DNA of 64,000 nt from an uncultured delta proteobacterium (GCA_963767925.1 CAVYGB010000010.1:1248001-1312000), one strand, 5' to 3'; shown: positions 49,914 through 60,466, counted from the stretch's first letter. The notes: a model not told the origin generated them from the sequence alone. Program-made: numbers and translations.

Positions 49914-50238
49914 GTGCTCCGACGTCGGCGTCGGGCATGCGGACTTCGTCGGAGACCCGCGCCCATCTGTCCATCGGCGTCTCGTTGTCGATGCCCTTGT
50001 GCGCGGCCTGGTGGTACTCCGATTCAACCCATCCCCACAGTTTGCGATTGAGCGCCTCGAGGCTGGCCGTGTCCTGCGCGTTGCACGTGCCGAGGCACTG
50101 GCGCCGGACTTCGCGGTGCCAGCGCTCCTGCTTTCCCTTTCCTTGGGGTTGATACGGCCGCGCGTGGATCAAGGTCACGCCGAGCTTCGCGCAAACCAGC
50201 GACAGGTGCTGCGACCGGTACGCACTGCCGTTATCTAC
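49909..50238 (-). pseudogene. 3' half of the DDE integrase/transposase split by the RIT element
   Basis: VDNGSAYRS...HARPYQPQGKGKQER; continues the ORF broken at 54185. Confidence 0.85.
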
Positions 50239-50381
50239 GTTCTGTGCCCGGCCGGGATATGTGCCCGAGGGCCCAGGTCCACAGGAATGCCGCGGGCCGG
50301 CCCTCGAATCCCGCCACATAATTCCTGGGCCGCGCTCCAGACTCGACCTCACCCCCGCGTGTCGCGGGAAGGAGGTCGAAA

Positions 50382-51638
50382 ATGCTTGAGCGCTACTTCA
50401 TCCGTCCGGACACCGTCGATCGCATCCGAAGCTTCTGGCTCGGAGACGCGATCCAGACTTACGTCGCCTGGCTTGCCGGACAATCGTACAGTTCACGCTG
50501 CGTGATCCGTCGCGTGCCGCTGTTCATGCGGTTCGGCGAGTTCGCGCGCAAGCGTGGTGTCACCCGCGTCGAGGAGCTACACGGCCACCTCGATGCCTTC
50601 GTCCGGTCCCACTTTCGCCGCCGCCTCAGGCCGTGTGGTTCGAGGGGCGCCCGGCGCCAGTACGTTCGAGACATCCGGAAGCCGATTGAGCAATTCCTCA
50701 GGGTCGTGCAGGCTGGTCACCTACCGTCTCAGCCGGCGACACGTCCCTTCCAGGACTGGGCGCCGCATTTCTTCGAGCACCTGCGGGCGGAGCGTGGACT
50801 GAGCCCGACGACCGTCGCTGCGTACTCGCTCCAGCTTGTGCGGTTCGAGCAGTACGTCGTGGCGCGACGGATCTCGGCAGACGGGCTCTCGCCCGCGATC
50901 CTCGACGGCTTTCTTGCGGAGCGGCGCGTTCATCTCTGCGCCCGCTCCTTGGGACCGACGTGCGCTGCCCTCCGGGCGTTGCTGCGATACCTGTTCCGGG
51001 AGGGGACCGTCCGTCGCGACCTCAGCGCCATGGTCGACGGCCCGCGGACGTACCGCCTCTCGGAGATCCCCAGAGCAATCAGCGCGGGGGACGTGGCCCA
51101 GACGCTGGCCGCGGTCGAGCGTCGGTCGATCGTTGGTCGGCGGGACTACGCGATGCTCATGCTACTCGTCGTCTACGGACTTCGCGCGCGCGAGGTCGCC
51201 GCGCTGACCCTGGACGACATCGACTGGCGAGCCAGCATCCTGCACGTGCGTGGACGCAAGGCCGGCCACGCCGGCACCTATCCCCTGACCTCGGAGGTCG
51301 GAGAGGCCATGCTGGACTACCTCAGTCACGGGCGCCCGGCGACGCCCGATCGGAGGATCTTCTTCCGCATCACGGCCCCGCGCGCGGCGGTCACTCACAG
51401 GGTCGTGTCCTTGCGGGCCAAGACCTATCTGCGCAAGGCCGGCATAACGGTGTCAAGGCCCGGATCCCATACGCTGCGGCACAGCTGCGCCCAGCGGCTC
51501 GTGGACGCCGATTTCTCCCTCAAGTTGATCGGAGACTTCCTCGGCCACCGACACCCGACGTCGACGAGGATCTACAGCAAGGTCGCGATCGAGGCGCTCC
51601 GTGAGGTCGCCCTTGGCGATGGCGAGGCGCTTCTGTGA
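50382..51638 (+). CDS. Tyrosine recombinase RitA
   Basis: YGLRAREV, HTLRHS, LGH, TRIYSK. Confidence 0.92.
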   Translation: MLERYFIRPDTVDRIRSFWLGDAIQTYVAWLAGQSYSSRCVIRRVPLFMRFGEFARKRGVTRVEELHGHLDAFVRSHFRRRLRPCGSRGARRQYVRDIRKPIEQFLRVVQAGHLPSQPATRPFQDWAPHFFEHLRAERGLSPTTVAAYSLQLVRFEQYVVARRISADGLSPAILDGFLAERRVHLCARSLGPTCAALRALLRYLFREGTVRRDLSAMVDGPRTYRLSEIPRAISAGDVAQTLAAVERRSIVGRRDYAMLMLLVVYGLRAREVAALTLDDIDWRASILHVRGRKAGHAGTYPLTSEVGEAMLDYLSHGRPATPDRRIFFRITAPRAAVTHRVVSLRAKTYLRKAGITVSRPGSHTLRHSCAQRLVDADFSLKLIGDFLGHRHPTSTRIYSKVAIEALREVALGDGEALL

Positions 51639-53058
51639 CCCGGTTGGCCCAGGGGTACGCCAGTCCGCTGGCGGACGGGATGGCGCAGTTCGTCGCGCAC
51701 AAGCGGGTGCTCGGCCGCCGCTATGAGACCGAAGTCTACGCGCTCCGGTTGTTCGACCGCCATCTCGTCGCCCAAGGGATCACAAAGGTCGACGCCATCA
51801 CCCCCGTCGTGATCGAAGCGTTTCTCGCCGCACGACCGCGGGTACGGCCTCGCAGCTACAATCACCTCCTCGGCGTCCTCCGTCAGCTGAGCACAGGCAT
51901 CTTGTCTGAGGGGATTTCGAGCGAACCTGATCAAGATTCCTGCGGGACGGGGCGCGTAAAGACCCGGAGTCCCGGGAACTCGTCCCTCGGAAACATGAAA
52001 AGAGATGCAGGAAGTCAACGCCTCGCCGGCGCAGCAAATTTCCCATGTTTCGAGCACCGTCGCTGATTCGCCGCCATGAAGGGACCCATGATCAGGTTTT
52101 CTGAGGGGAGCGCCTCGCTGCACGCCGGAGACGGCAAGCGCGCGTCGAGCCCCGGTAGGTTCGACGACGTCCCCGCGGGCAGCGAGGCGCAACCGCGCGC
52201 CCGACGGACAGTGTCCAGGAGAAGTTGTCGGTGGCGCGCGGAACCCGGGCTTTCGGCGCGGCGTCGATCCCCTCGAATAACTTGATCGAAACACCCTCAA
52301 ACAACGTGCTCACGCTCAAGCTCTTCCAGTGGCTCGTCGCACGGGGCCACCTCGCTCAAACGCCCGTGGTCTGTCCGACCCGCCGCGCTTCTGTCGCGCG
52401 CATGCCCTTCATCCTCACGCCTGAATCCGCGCGGCGTCTGCTGGATCTGGCGGCCGGTCTGCCTGACGTTCCAGGTGTGGCTCTGCGCGGACCCACCTAC
52501 CGCGCTATCTTTGCGCTGCTCTACGGCCTCGGCCTGCGCGTCGGGGAGGTCTGCCATCTCGATGTGGCCGATGTCGACCAGTCCCGCAAGTTGCTCGTCA
52601 TCCGTGACACGAAGTTCGGCAAGGATCGCCTCGTGCCCTTCGGGCCGCGCCTGGGCGCGATGCTTGACCACTATCTCGGCCTGCGTCGAGCGCGCGAACG
52701 GCATCTCGCGACCGACGCGCCGCTGGTCGGCGGCCTGGCGGGTGGGCGGCTCCATCGCCAGCAGATCGGGAAGATATTCCGTGGGCTGCTCCCAGCCCTC
52801 GGACTCACCGTACCCCCGGGCACCTCACCGCCGCGCCTTCATGACCTCCGCCACAGCTTCGCCGTGCGGACGCTGCTGCGATGGTATCGCGCCGGAATCG
52901 ATCCCGCGAAGCGACTGCTCCACCTGTCGACCTTCTTGGGGCACGTGCAGCCGGAATCCACCGCAGTCTATCTCACGATCACCAGCGAGCTGCTCGCCGA
53001 AGCTGGTCATCGTTTTGAAGTATTCGCGCGCCCGCTCGTCGGGCAGGTGCCTCGATGA
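51635..53058 (+). pseudogene. Tyrosine recombinase RitB interrupted by a 431-bp MITE
   Basis: Removing 51888-52321 restores ...LRQLFQW... as a 990-bp ORF with GLRVGE, HDLRH, LGH and Y motifs. Confidence 0.9.
51888..52318. mobile_element. Non-autonomous MITE, TGAGC...GCTCA ends, AGC target duplication
   Basis: AGC at 51885-51887 and 52319-52321; repeated TGAGGGG-type boxes near both ends. Confidence 0.82.
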
Positions 53059-54068
53059 GCGACATCACACTCGGACAGGTGGTCTACGCGTTTCTCGTGG
53101 ACCATCTCCAGGTCGCCAAGGGGTTGCGGCCTTCATCGATCGCGAGCTATCGGGACGGGCTGCGGATCTTCCTCCGTTTCGTCGCTGCGGATGTCGGCGG
53201 CCGGATCACTGCGCTTCCCCTGAGCGCCCTGACGGTCGAGCGGGTGCTCAAGTTCCTACGATCCCTGGAGGACTCCAGGCACAACCACATCCGCACCCGC
53301 AACCAGCGCCTCGCGATGCTCCGCACCTTCTTCGGGTATCTCGGTGGTCGAGTCCCGGAGTTGCTGGCCGTCGCCGAGCAGGTGGCACGCATCTCCACCA
53401 AGCGCGTGGCGCCGCCCGAGACGCACTATCTCGACCGGACGGAAATCGAGAATCTCTTCGCTGGCCTGCGGTCCGACGCAGGGGTGGCGCGTGATCGCAC
53501 TCTGTTGCTCTTCCTTTACAACACGGGGGCGCGAGTCCAGGAGGTTGCCGATCTCCGCGTCGGTCACCTCGCCTTGGATCGCCAGCCGTGGGTCCGCCTC
53601 CATGGAAAGGGAGACAAGTGGCGTACGTGCCCGCTCTGGAAGGAGACCGCGGAGCACCTGCGACGTCTCGTCGAACGCCCGCATGGCGTGGCGGGTCCCG
53701 AGGAGGCGGTCTTTTGCTCGGCGCGGGGCACAGCGCTCACGCGTTTCGGCCTGTATAAGATCGTCCGTCGCCATACGTCGCGCCTCGACGCGGCTCCTGG
53801 GCAGAGAGGTCGGCGGGTGACGCCCCACACTTTCCGGCACACGGCCGCCGTGCACCTGCTTGAAGCAGGGGTGGAGGTCAACGTGATCCGCGGCTGGCTC
53901 GGTCATGTCAGCCTCGAGACCACGAATCGCTACGCCGAGATCAGCCTTCGCCTCAAGGCGGCGGCGCTCGACACCACAACCTCGCCGGTGCGCGCGCCAG
54001 ATCGTGGTGGACGCAAACAGCCGTGGCATACCGATGCCGCCTTGATGACCTGGCTCGACGCCCTCTGA
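53055..54068 (+). CDS. Tyrosine recombinase RitC
   Basis: TRNQRLA, YNTGARVQE, GKGDKWR, PHTFRHT, LGH, TNRYA. Confidence 0.92.
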   Translation: MSDITLGQVVYAFLVDHLQVAKGLRPSSIASYRDGLRIFLRFVAADVGGRITALPLSALTVERVLKFLRSLEDSRHNHIRTRNQRLAMLRTFFGYLGGRVPELLAVAEQVARISTKRVAPPETHYLDRTEIENLFAGLRSDAGVARDRTLLLFLYNTGARVQEVADLRVGHLALDRQPWVRLHGKGDKWRTCPLWKETAEHLRRLVERPHGVAGPEEAVFCSARGTALTRFGLYKIVRRHTSRLDAAPGQRGRRVTPHTFRHTAAVHLLEAGVEVNVIRGWLGHVSLETTNRYAEISLRLKAAALDTTTSPVRAPDRGGRKQPWHTDAALMTWLDAL

Positions 54069-54184
54069 CCCTTGAAGATTATGTGGCGGGATTCGAGGGC
54101 CGGCCCGCGGCGTTCCCGCGGTCTGGGCCCTCGGGCACATATCCCGGCCGGGCACAGAACCACGATTCTGTTCCGCGGAACAGA

Positions 54185-54892
54185 ATCAACGTAGAGCCGC
54201 TTCGGGATCCCTCTGCGGCGGATGGCTTGCTCGAACACGGGCAGAAAGCACGCGACATTCTCCCCGAGCGCGAAAGCCCCGTAGGGGATCACCCGCGTGG
54301 CGTCGTCAATGAAGGAGATGAGATACGTCTTGCGACGGCGCTTGCGCTCGTCGAGGACTGCCGGTCCGTGCATGACGTCGCTCATCCACAGCTCACCTGC
54401 CTTCAGGTAGGAGAAGCGGCGCCGGTCGTTGCTCGTCGGCTCGTCTGGCCGCCGCTCCATCAGGCCGGCTCGAGACAGCACCCGGTGCACCGTCGCCGGC
54501 GCCAGCTCCACGTCCTGCGGCACCTCTGCCGAGGCGCGCGCCGCTTCGATCACCATCCGCACCAACAGCGCCGGCTTGTCCTCCTTGACCATGCACAGCA
54601 GATCCACCACCGACTGCGGGATGGCGCGCGCCTGCCCCTGGTCCCGCCGGGGCTTGGGCAGCAGGGCATCAAAGCCGCCTTGTCGGTAGTCCTTGAGCCA
54701 GTCCCGGATCGTCTCTGGTGCCACCCGGCAACGTCGTGACCCGGGAATGTCGTGCTCGCGCTCGGCCTTCTTGGCGATCATCTCGCCGAGCCCGCGCTTT
54801 CCTCGCGGCCAGTGCAATAGGTCCGCGATCAGCCCGTACCGGAACAGCGCGACGGCGTGGCGTCGCTCCTTGTCGTCGTCCTTGATGTCCAT
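54185..54892 (-). pseudogene. 5' half of a DDE integrase/transposase (HTH + rve)
   Basis: ALFRYGLIA, GGFDALLPKPRRD, WMSDVMHGP, FIDDATR, GIPKRLYVD up to the break. Confidence 0.88.
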
Positions 54893-55544
54893 CGGTGCCC
54901 TCCTTGGCGCCCTCGTAGGCGCCACGCACCACCGCTACCGGGATCGCGTCGGCGGGTCTGGCCCCGGGTCGTGTTCGCAGGGTGTCCGGCCTCGTCGGCG
55001 GAGGCCCGAATCCGACGGGCGCGGCCACCTTCCCGAGTTGCTTCTCGAACTGAGCCCGCACCTGCCGGAGCACCGGCCTGTCCAGCCGCTGCCCCACCTC
55101 GGTGATGGTCGGGGCGCACGAGCCTGCCAGCTCTGGCACCATCGTCACCAGCGCCAGCAGCGCGGCCCGCACCGGGCCCAGCCGCCGACGGACCCACCGT
55201 ATCGCCCCGGGCAGCTCGATGTCGGGGCGCAGCTCATCCGCCGCGGCTTGCACGGACGGCGCCGCCTCCACCGCCGCGACCACCCGCTCCACCTCGTCGA
55301 GATCGCTCGGAAGCCTCGCCGCCAGGCAGTCCGGCAACAGGCTGAAGCTCGTGTGGGCCGTGGGGCAGTAGTACCGCGCCACCCGCATCCCAGCCGGCCT
55401 GACCCGCTGGTACGTCCCCAGCCGGCGGAACCCGCACGCCGCTGCCGCGCCGTGAACCGGGCACCGCTCGAGCCTTGCCTGTCGCCAGCCTTCCTGCCTA
55501 ACGTATTCCTCGCTGGTCTGTGCCGACGCCTGTCGCAGCTGCAC
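54669..55544 (-). CDS. Transposon-associated Cys/His protein upstream of the DDE gene (3' end uncertain)
   Basis: RCPVHG...CGFRRLGTYQR...RYYCPTAHTSFSLLPDCLAARL; as read, the ORF runs into the DDE gene. Confidence 0.7.
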   Translation of the reverse strand: MQLRQASAQTSEEYVRQEGWRQARLERCPVHGAAAACGFRRLGTYQRVRPAGMRVARYYCPTAHTSFSLLPDCLAARLPSDLDEVERVVAAVEAAPSVQAAADELRPDIELPGAIRWVRRRLGPVRAALLALVTMVPELAGSCAPTITEVGQRLDRPVLRQVRAQFEKQLGKVAAPVGFGPPPTRPDTLRTRPGARPADAIPVAVVRGAYEGAKEGTDGHQGRRQGATPRRRAVPVRADRGPIALAARKARARRDDRQEGRARARHSRVTTLPGGTRDDPGLAQGLPTRRL

Positions 55545-55746
55545 AGACCGGCCAAGGGTCCGCACGGGTACCAGCCGTGGCGGGCCCAACTTATGTTGGG
55601 GATCACGAGGGCGGGCCCCATGCCTGCCGGCCAGGAGCTTTGCCTTGGTCCCGCCCTTCCCGCAATCCCTCCCCGCTACACCGTCCCGGTCTCGTCCCCC
55701 ATCTCACCCGGCTCACCGGGGGCGCAGTGCCGGAAGATCCTCGCGG

Positions 55747-55775
55747 TGATCTACGAAGCTACGTGCGAGCTAACA
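55747..55775 (-). repeat. Terminal inverted repeat of the ParB/IS21-like element family (second copy)
   Basis: Reverse complement TGTTAGCTCGCACGTAGCTTCGTAGATC versus TGTTAGCTCGCAGGTAGTTTCGTAGATC at 60467. Confidence 0.8.
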
Positions 55776-56980
55776 ACGGGTACACGCAGTTCTGCGAGTA
55801 CTACCGGCAATGGCTCGGCCGGAGAGGTCTGTCGATGCGCCAGGTGCACGTGGCCGGGGAGAAGACCTTCGTGGACTACTCGGGCAAGAAGCCGTGCATC
55901 TGGGATCCGAAGACCGGTGAGGCCATCGAGGTCGAGCTATTCGTGGCCGTGCTGGGGGCTTCGAACCTGACCTTCGCAGAAGCCACCCGCACGCAACGTG
56001 GTCCCGACTGGATCGCCAGCCACACCCGAACGGTGGCGTACTTTGGCGGCGCCACGGCCGCCTACGTATGCGACCAGCTCCGCTCTGGCGTGACGATCCC
56101 GTGCCGGTACGAGCCGGGCGTGCAGCGCACATACGAGGAGTGGGCCGAACATCACGAGGCGGTCGTGCTGCCGGCGCGTGCAGCCCATCCCAAAGACAAG
56201 GCTAAGGTCGAGACGGCCGTGCGCGTAGCCCAGCGCTGGATTCTCGCGCGGATGCGCAACGAGCGGCACTTCACCCTCGAGTCTCTGAACGAACGGATCG
56301 CCGCGCTCCTCGAGGAACTGAACGGCCGGCAGATGCGCGTGTACCAAGCCAGCCGTCGCGAGATGTTCGAGCGGCTCGATCGCCCGGCGCTCAAGCCGAT
56401 GCCCGCCACGCGATTCACGTACGCCGAGTGGAAGACGGTCAAGGTCAACGTCGACTACCACGTCGAGGTCGATGGTCACTACTACTCGGTCCCCTATCAG
56501 CGCCTGGGCGAGCAGGTGGAAGCGCGCGTCTCCGCCGCCACGGTGGAGGTGATCCTCGACGGCGCGCGCATCGCCTCGCATGCCCGCAGCTTCCAGCGTG
56601 GCCGCCACACCACGGTGCCCGAGCACATGCCCGTCGCGCATCGGCAGCACATGGAGTGGAGCCCGTCGCGCCTGATGAACTGGGCCGGCACGATCGGGCC
56701 GCAGACGCGCGCCCTGGTGTCGGCGATCCTCGCGGACAGGCCGCACCCGGAGCAGGGCTACCGCTCTTGCCTCGGTGTCTTGCGACTTGCCAAGCGGTAC
56801 GGGGACACGCGCGTGGAGGCGGCGTGTGCCCGTGCGATGGCGGCCGGTGCGCGGTCATTTCGCCACGTCGATTCGATCCTGAAGCACGGCCTGGATCGTC
56901 TGCCGGCGCGAACCACCGCGGCTGCCACGCCAGCGCCCGTGCCCCACGAGAATGTCCGAGGACCGAACTACTACAACTGA
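55776..56980 (+). pseudogene. istA: IS21 transposase IstA, 5'-truncated
   Basis: Starts at GYTQFCEYY; AGEKTFVDYSG, CDQLRSGV, PKDKAKVE, HENVRGPNYY. Confidence 0.9.
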
Positions 56981-56993
56981 AGGAGAGGACGAC

Positions 56994-57740
56994 ATGTTGA
57001 CCGAACCAACCCTGAACAAGCTGCGCGCCCTGCGGCTCGACGCCTTCGCTGCTGCCTGGTCCGAGCAGACCAAGAACCCGGAGGCGTCGAAGCTGTCCTT
57101 CGACGAACGCCTGGGTCTTCTGGTCGATGCCGAATGTCTCGCACGCGAGAACAAACGGCTGGGCCGGCTGCTCAAAGAGGCCAAGCTTCGCCTGAGCCAG
57201 GCGTGCATCGAAGAAATCGACTACCCCGCGCGACGAGAGCTCGACAAGGCCGTCATCCGGCAGCTCGCCGGTTGCCGATGGGTGCACGAGCACCAGAACG
57301 TGATCATCACCGGAATGACGGGGACGGGGAAGACCTTCGTGGGCTGTGCACTCGCCCAGCAGGCTTGCCGCAAGGGCTTCTCGGCGATCTACCGGCGGGC
57401 GTCCCGGCTCTTCGATGAACTCGCTCTCGCGCGCGCCGACGGCAGCTACGTGCGACTGCTGGCCAAGCTCGCCCGCGTCGACGTGCTGGTGATCGACGAC
57501 TGGGGCCTCACCCCGCCCGGCGAGCAGGAGAGGCGTGACTTCTTCGAGATCCTCGAAGACCGGTACGGCAATCGCTCCACGATCATGACCAGCCAACTCC
57601 CGCCGAAAACCTGGCACGCCCACCTGGCCGATCAGACCCTCGCAGACGCCATCCTCGACCGCATCCTGCACAACGCCCACCGGCTCGTGCTAAAGGGGCC
57701 TTCGAGGCGAAAGAACGAGAAGGAGACCGAGACCGAATAA
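56994..57740 (+). CDS. istB: IS21 helper ATPase IstB
   Basis: GMTGTGKT Walker A, LVIDDWG, DAILDRILHNAHRL. Confidence 0.95.
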   Translation: MLTEPTLNKLRALRLDAFAAAWSEQTKNPEASKLSFDERLGLLVDAECLARENKRLGRLLKEAKLRLSQACIEEIDYPARRELDKAVIRQLAGCRWVHEHQNVIITGMTGTGKTFVGCALAQQACRKGFSAIYRRASRLFDELALARADGSYVRLLAKLARVDVLVIDDWGLTPPGEQERRDFFEILEDRYGNRSTIMTSQLPPKTWHAHLADQTLADAILDRILHNAHRLVLKGPSRRKNEKETETE

Positions 57741-57826
57741 CCCACTAACGCGACCAGACAGCGTCGCTTCGCTCCGACCTGATCACGATGGACCGATCTC
57801 GGTGATCACGTTCGCCGGAATGTGCA

Positions 57827-58340
57827 CGAGAGTGGCGGCCAAGGCGGTTAGCAGCTGGTACCGCAGTCGGGAGGCCTTGACGGTCCCCGGAACGCCGGCT
57901 GGGAGGATAGATCTGACCAGTTCGATCAGCCGGAAGATCCGTCCCGAGTTCGGTACTTCCGCCAGGCGTTCGGGCGCGTTGGAGAACTGGCCAGAAATCG
58001 TCTGCCCGAACTCCTCGTCGGCCTTACCCTCGACCGTAAGGACGAGCTCGCCTTCCTCGTCTCTCGCGGTGAGCGCCAGGTCGGCGTTTGCTGGCTCACC
58101 CTTGCGGTTCTCAAACTTCAGCTGGACTTCCGGCTCGACCAGGTCGAGGGCGACCTTTCCGATGTGAGAGTGACGAAAGAAGGGCGGCGACTTCGGCCGG
58201 CGGAAGGGGAGTGCTGGCGAGCCAGGCTCGCGCTCGCGCCAGCTCCTTCGCGCTGCGGCCGTCAACCCACTGCAGGCTCGGGTTCTTGGGCGGCGCCAGT
58301 TGTCTCCACGTCTCCAAACTGTCGATGCAGATTCCGCCAG
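57827..58340 (-). pseudogene. DUF6946-like (PD-(D/E)xK-like) gene fragment, frameshifted and truncated by ISs
   Basis: WVDGRSAKELA..AW in one frame; ADLAL...VEGKADEEFG...LRYQLL in another. Confidence 0.6.
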
Positions 58341-58596
58341 CTGGCTGAACATGGTTGGAGATCGAAATCGGAGTTCTAGTTGCCCAATGCCTAGACCGTC
58401 GCATCCCCGATATCAAGAAGGTGACCACGGAGGTCGGAGCGCGGAACCGCGCCCGCAACGCCGAAGGCGCCAATGTCCGTTGGATGTTTGGGATCGACAA
58501 GGCCCGGGAGAAGCTCGGCCGCGCCTACACGGCCTCACCTTGCGCCGGCTCAGCGCGCGGCGTGAACCCGTCCAATTCCTTGCGACGGGTAACTAG
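58335..58596 (+). mobile_element. IS630-family 3' fragment
   Basis: ASWLNMV/EIEIGVLVAQCLDRRIPD...VRWMF...AREKLGRAY, ending ...GTAACTAG. Confidence 0.75.
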
Positions 58597-59609
58597 TGCG
58601 CTGAAGGCACTCGCCTTTTGAGGGTGGCGCGGCGTTGGCGTCGACGCGTCGACATTGCGATTAAGCCGAAAGCCAACATTAGGCCGCCCACCCCATTGGT
58701 CCGACCGCCGGGGCCAAAGGAGCAGGCCGCGGCCTGAGGTGACGTTTGGTCTAACCCGCCGCCATTGGCGGGAACGGGCGCCTGGGAAGGCACATTTCCC
58801 GATTGCAACGCATCACCGCCGGCCGAGGGTACACTTGGCGCTTCGCAGGAAAGTTCAATCTCCGCTTCAACCGGGCCGACACTCGACGGTGCGCCGAGGA
58901 TGTGGGGGGTGAGCTTCACTCGGTGCCGACCCGCCGGCACGCTCGTGAGGCCGCCACAGGGCCCAAGTAGCCAACCCGGCTCGGAGCAATAGGACCGGAT
59001 TATGATATCCGGAGACTTACCCAGCGTGGCAGGGCCACTGAGGTCGGTGCGCCGGCCGTCGACCTCGACTTTAAAAGTCCGTAGGGCGCGGAAGGGCTGA
59101 GACTCCGGCGTCTCGAGGAGTTGAAGGCTCACGAACGCGAATCGCGTAGCGGCTACTTCCATTTCTCCATCGGTTAGAACGCTGAGTGTTCCTACGTTGG
59201 GCGGAAATGAGAGTGACTCGGTCGCAAGGAAGGCAAACTCCTGAGATCTGCGGCTTCCAGTCTGACAACGGGCATTGTCGTAAGTGAGGATATACCTCCG
59301 CCCGGCATCAAGCGGTTCGTCTGGAGAAAAGACGCTCTCTCCTGTGGCTAGCCTTTTGACCGAAGCCGTTACAACCGCACCTCCGTCCTCCGTCCGCAGT
59401 GAGAGGTCAGATTCGAAATTGGCCCGGTAGGGATCGTCGTTGACGCGAAAGGCTACGGCATTTGCCGGAAACGTTGCGCCTTCGGATGGTACGTCAACGC
59501 ACGGTCGGGACGGCGGGCTGCATGCCTGAGCCAAGCCTTGCCACGAGACGCCAAGAGCGGCGACCGCGCCGGCTACCACCACCACACACTTTGAATTCCG
59601 TCCCGACAT
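58593..59609 (-). CDS. Secreted protein with MYXO-CTERM-like sorting tail, lower GC
   Basis: Signal peptide, CSPP start, C-terminal AAACSF...GLMLAFGLIAMSTRRRQRR. Confidence 0.65.
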   Translation of the reverse strand: MSGRNSKCVVVVAGAVAALGVSWQGLAQACSPPSRPCVDVPSEGATFPANAVAFRVNDDPYRANFESDLSLRTEDGGAVVTASVKRLATGESVFSPDEPLDAGRRYILTYDNARCQTGSRRSQEFAFLATESLSFPPNVGTLSVLTDGEMEVAATRFAFVSLQLLETPESQPFRALRTFKVEVDGRRTDLSGPATLGKSPDIIIRSYCSEPGWLLGPCGGLTSVPAGRHRVKLTPHILGAPSSVGPVEAEIELSCEAPSVPSAGGDALQSGNVPSQAPVPANGGGLDQTSPQAAACSFGPGGRTNGVGGLMLAFGLIAMSTRRRQRRATLKRRVPSAH

Positions 59610-59905
59610 TCGTACTCCTCTGTTTGGGCCCCTTTCGTTCACCTGCAAGGCAAGGACCCGACGTCGATTCTACGCGGAGACGGCATTCCTAGCTACCTCG
59701 TCGACGACCAAGTCGCGACAGCGGTGTCCTGAGCGACATTGACCTTTCGTGCGCGCGGAAAAGTCCGACGGTCAGAAGGCGCAACGACGTCCCGACGCCG
59801 CGGTCCTTCGTTACGGTCGAAGCCTCTACGCCGGGGGGGGTTGTCTCGGTGCCACGCCTCCTCCGTGCTTCACCGGAGTTGCCCGAAAGGATGCGCGTTG
59901 GGCGG

Positions 59906-60466
59906 TGAGCGTGCGCGTGTTTTCTGAGGGGAGTTCGATCGCGTAGTCTGAGGGGCGCGGGGAGTCGAGGGATCAGAAGAGGGCGTCGTCTTCGCTGGGG
60001 GGCGGGCGCAGGGGCGGGATGGGCGCGGTCGTGAGGTCGCTCCGGACCTCGTTGATGGCTTCACGGTGGGCATCCCAGATGGCGTCGATGATGTTCTCGA
60101 GGATCTGTACGACGGTGAGGGCGGTGCGGCCGTCGAGTGGCGGCAGGATCACGTGAGCGCGTGGAGGGGGTGGGCTCATCGCTTCTTCGCCTGCGCCGCG
60201 GCCTTGGGACGCGCTGGCTGCTGGAAGGACTCGAGGAAGAGCTTCTCGTCGAGGCGAGGCAGGTCGCGGTCGGCGGCGATGGCGAGGAGCTCGTCGCCAA
60301 GGTTCATGAGCACGCGGTAGTTGCCGGCGGCGTGGTCGGCCAGGGTGGCCTTGAGCTCGGTGGTCATCAGGGTAGCGTTGCCGGCGGCATCGAGGAGGTG
60401 ATCGAGGCAGGCGAGCAGCTCGTCGCGGGCGGCGTACTCGAGGACGAGACGACGCCGGATGCGGCT
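59906..60466 (-). mobile_element. End of a transposon with an ExeA-like AAA ATPase remnant and a small ORF
   Basis: Terminus TGAGCGTGCGCGTGTTTTCTGAGGGGAGTTCGATC; ATPase C-terminus SRIRRRL...DHAAGNYRVLMN...LDEKLFLE (60176-60466); 68-aa ORF at 59973-60179. Confidence 0.72.

Larger units (their letters stand above)
50239..54160 (+). mobile_element. RIT element (recombinases in trio) with ~84-bp terminal inverted repeats
   Basis: Three overlapping tyrosine recombinase genes; 50239-50322 is nearly the reverse complement of 54078-54160. Confidence 0.9.
55776..57826 (+). mobile_element. IS21-family element lacking its left end
   Basis: Right end ...TGATCACGATGGACCGATCTCGGTGATCACGTTCGCCGGAATGTGCA with repeated TGATCACG boxes. 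Confidence 0.82.
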
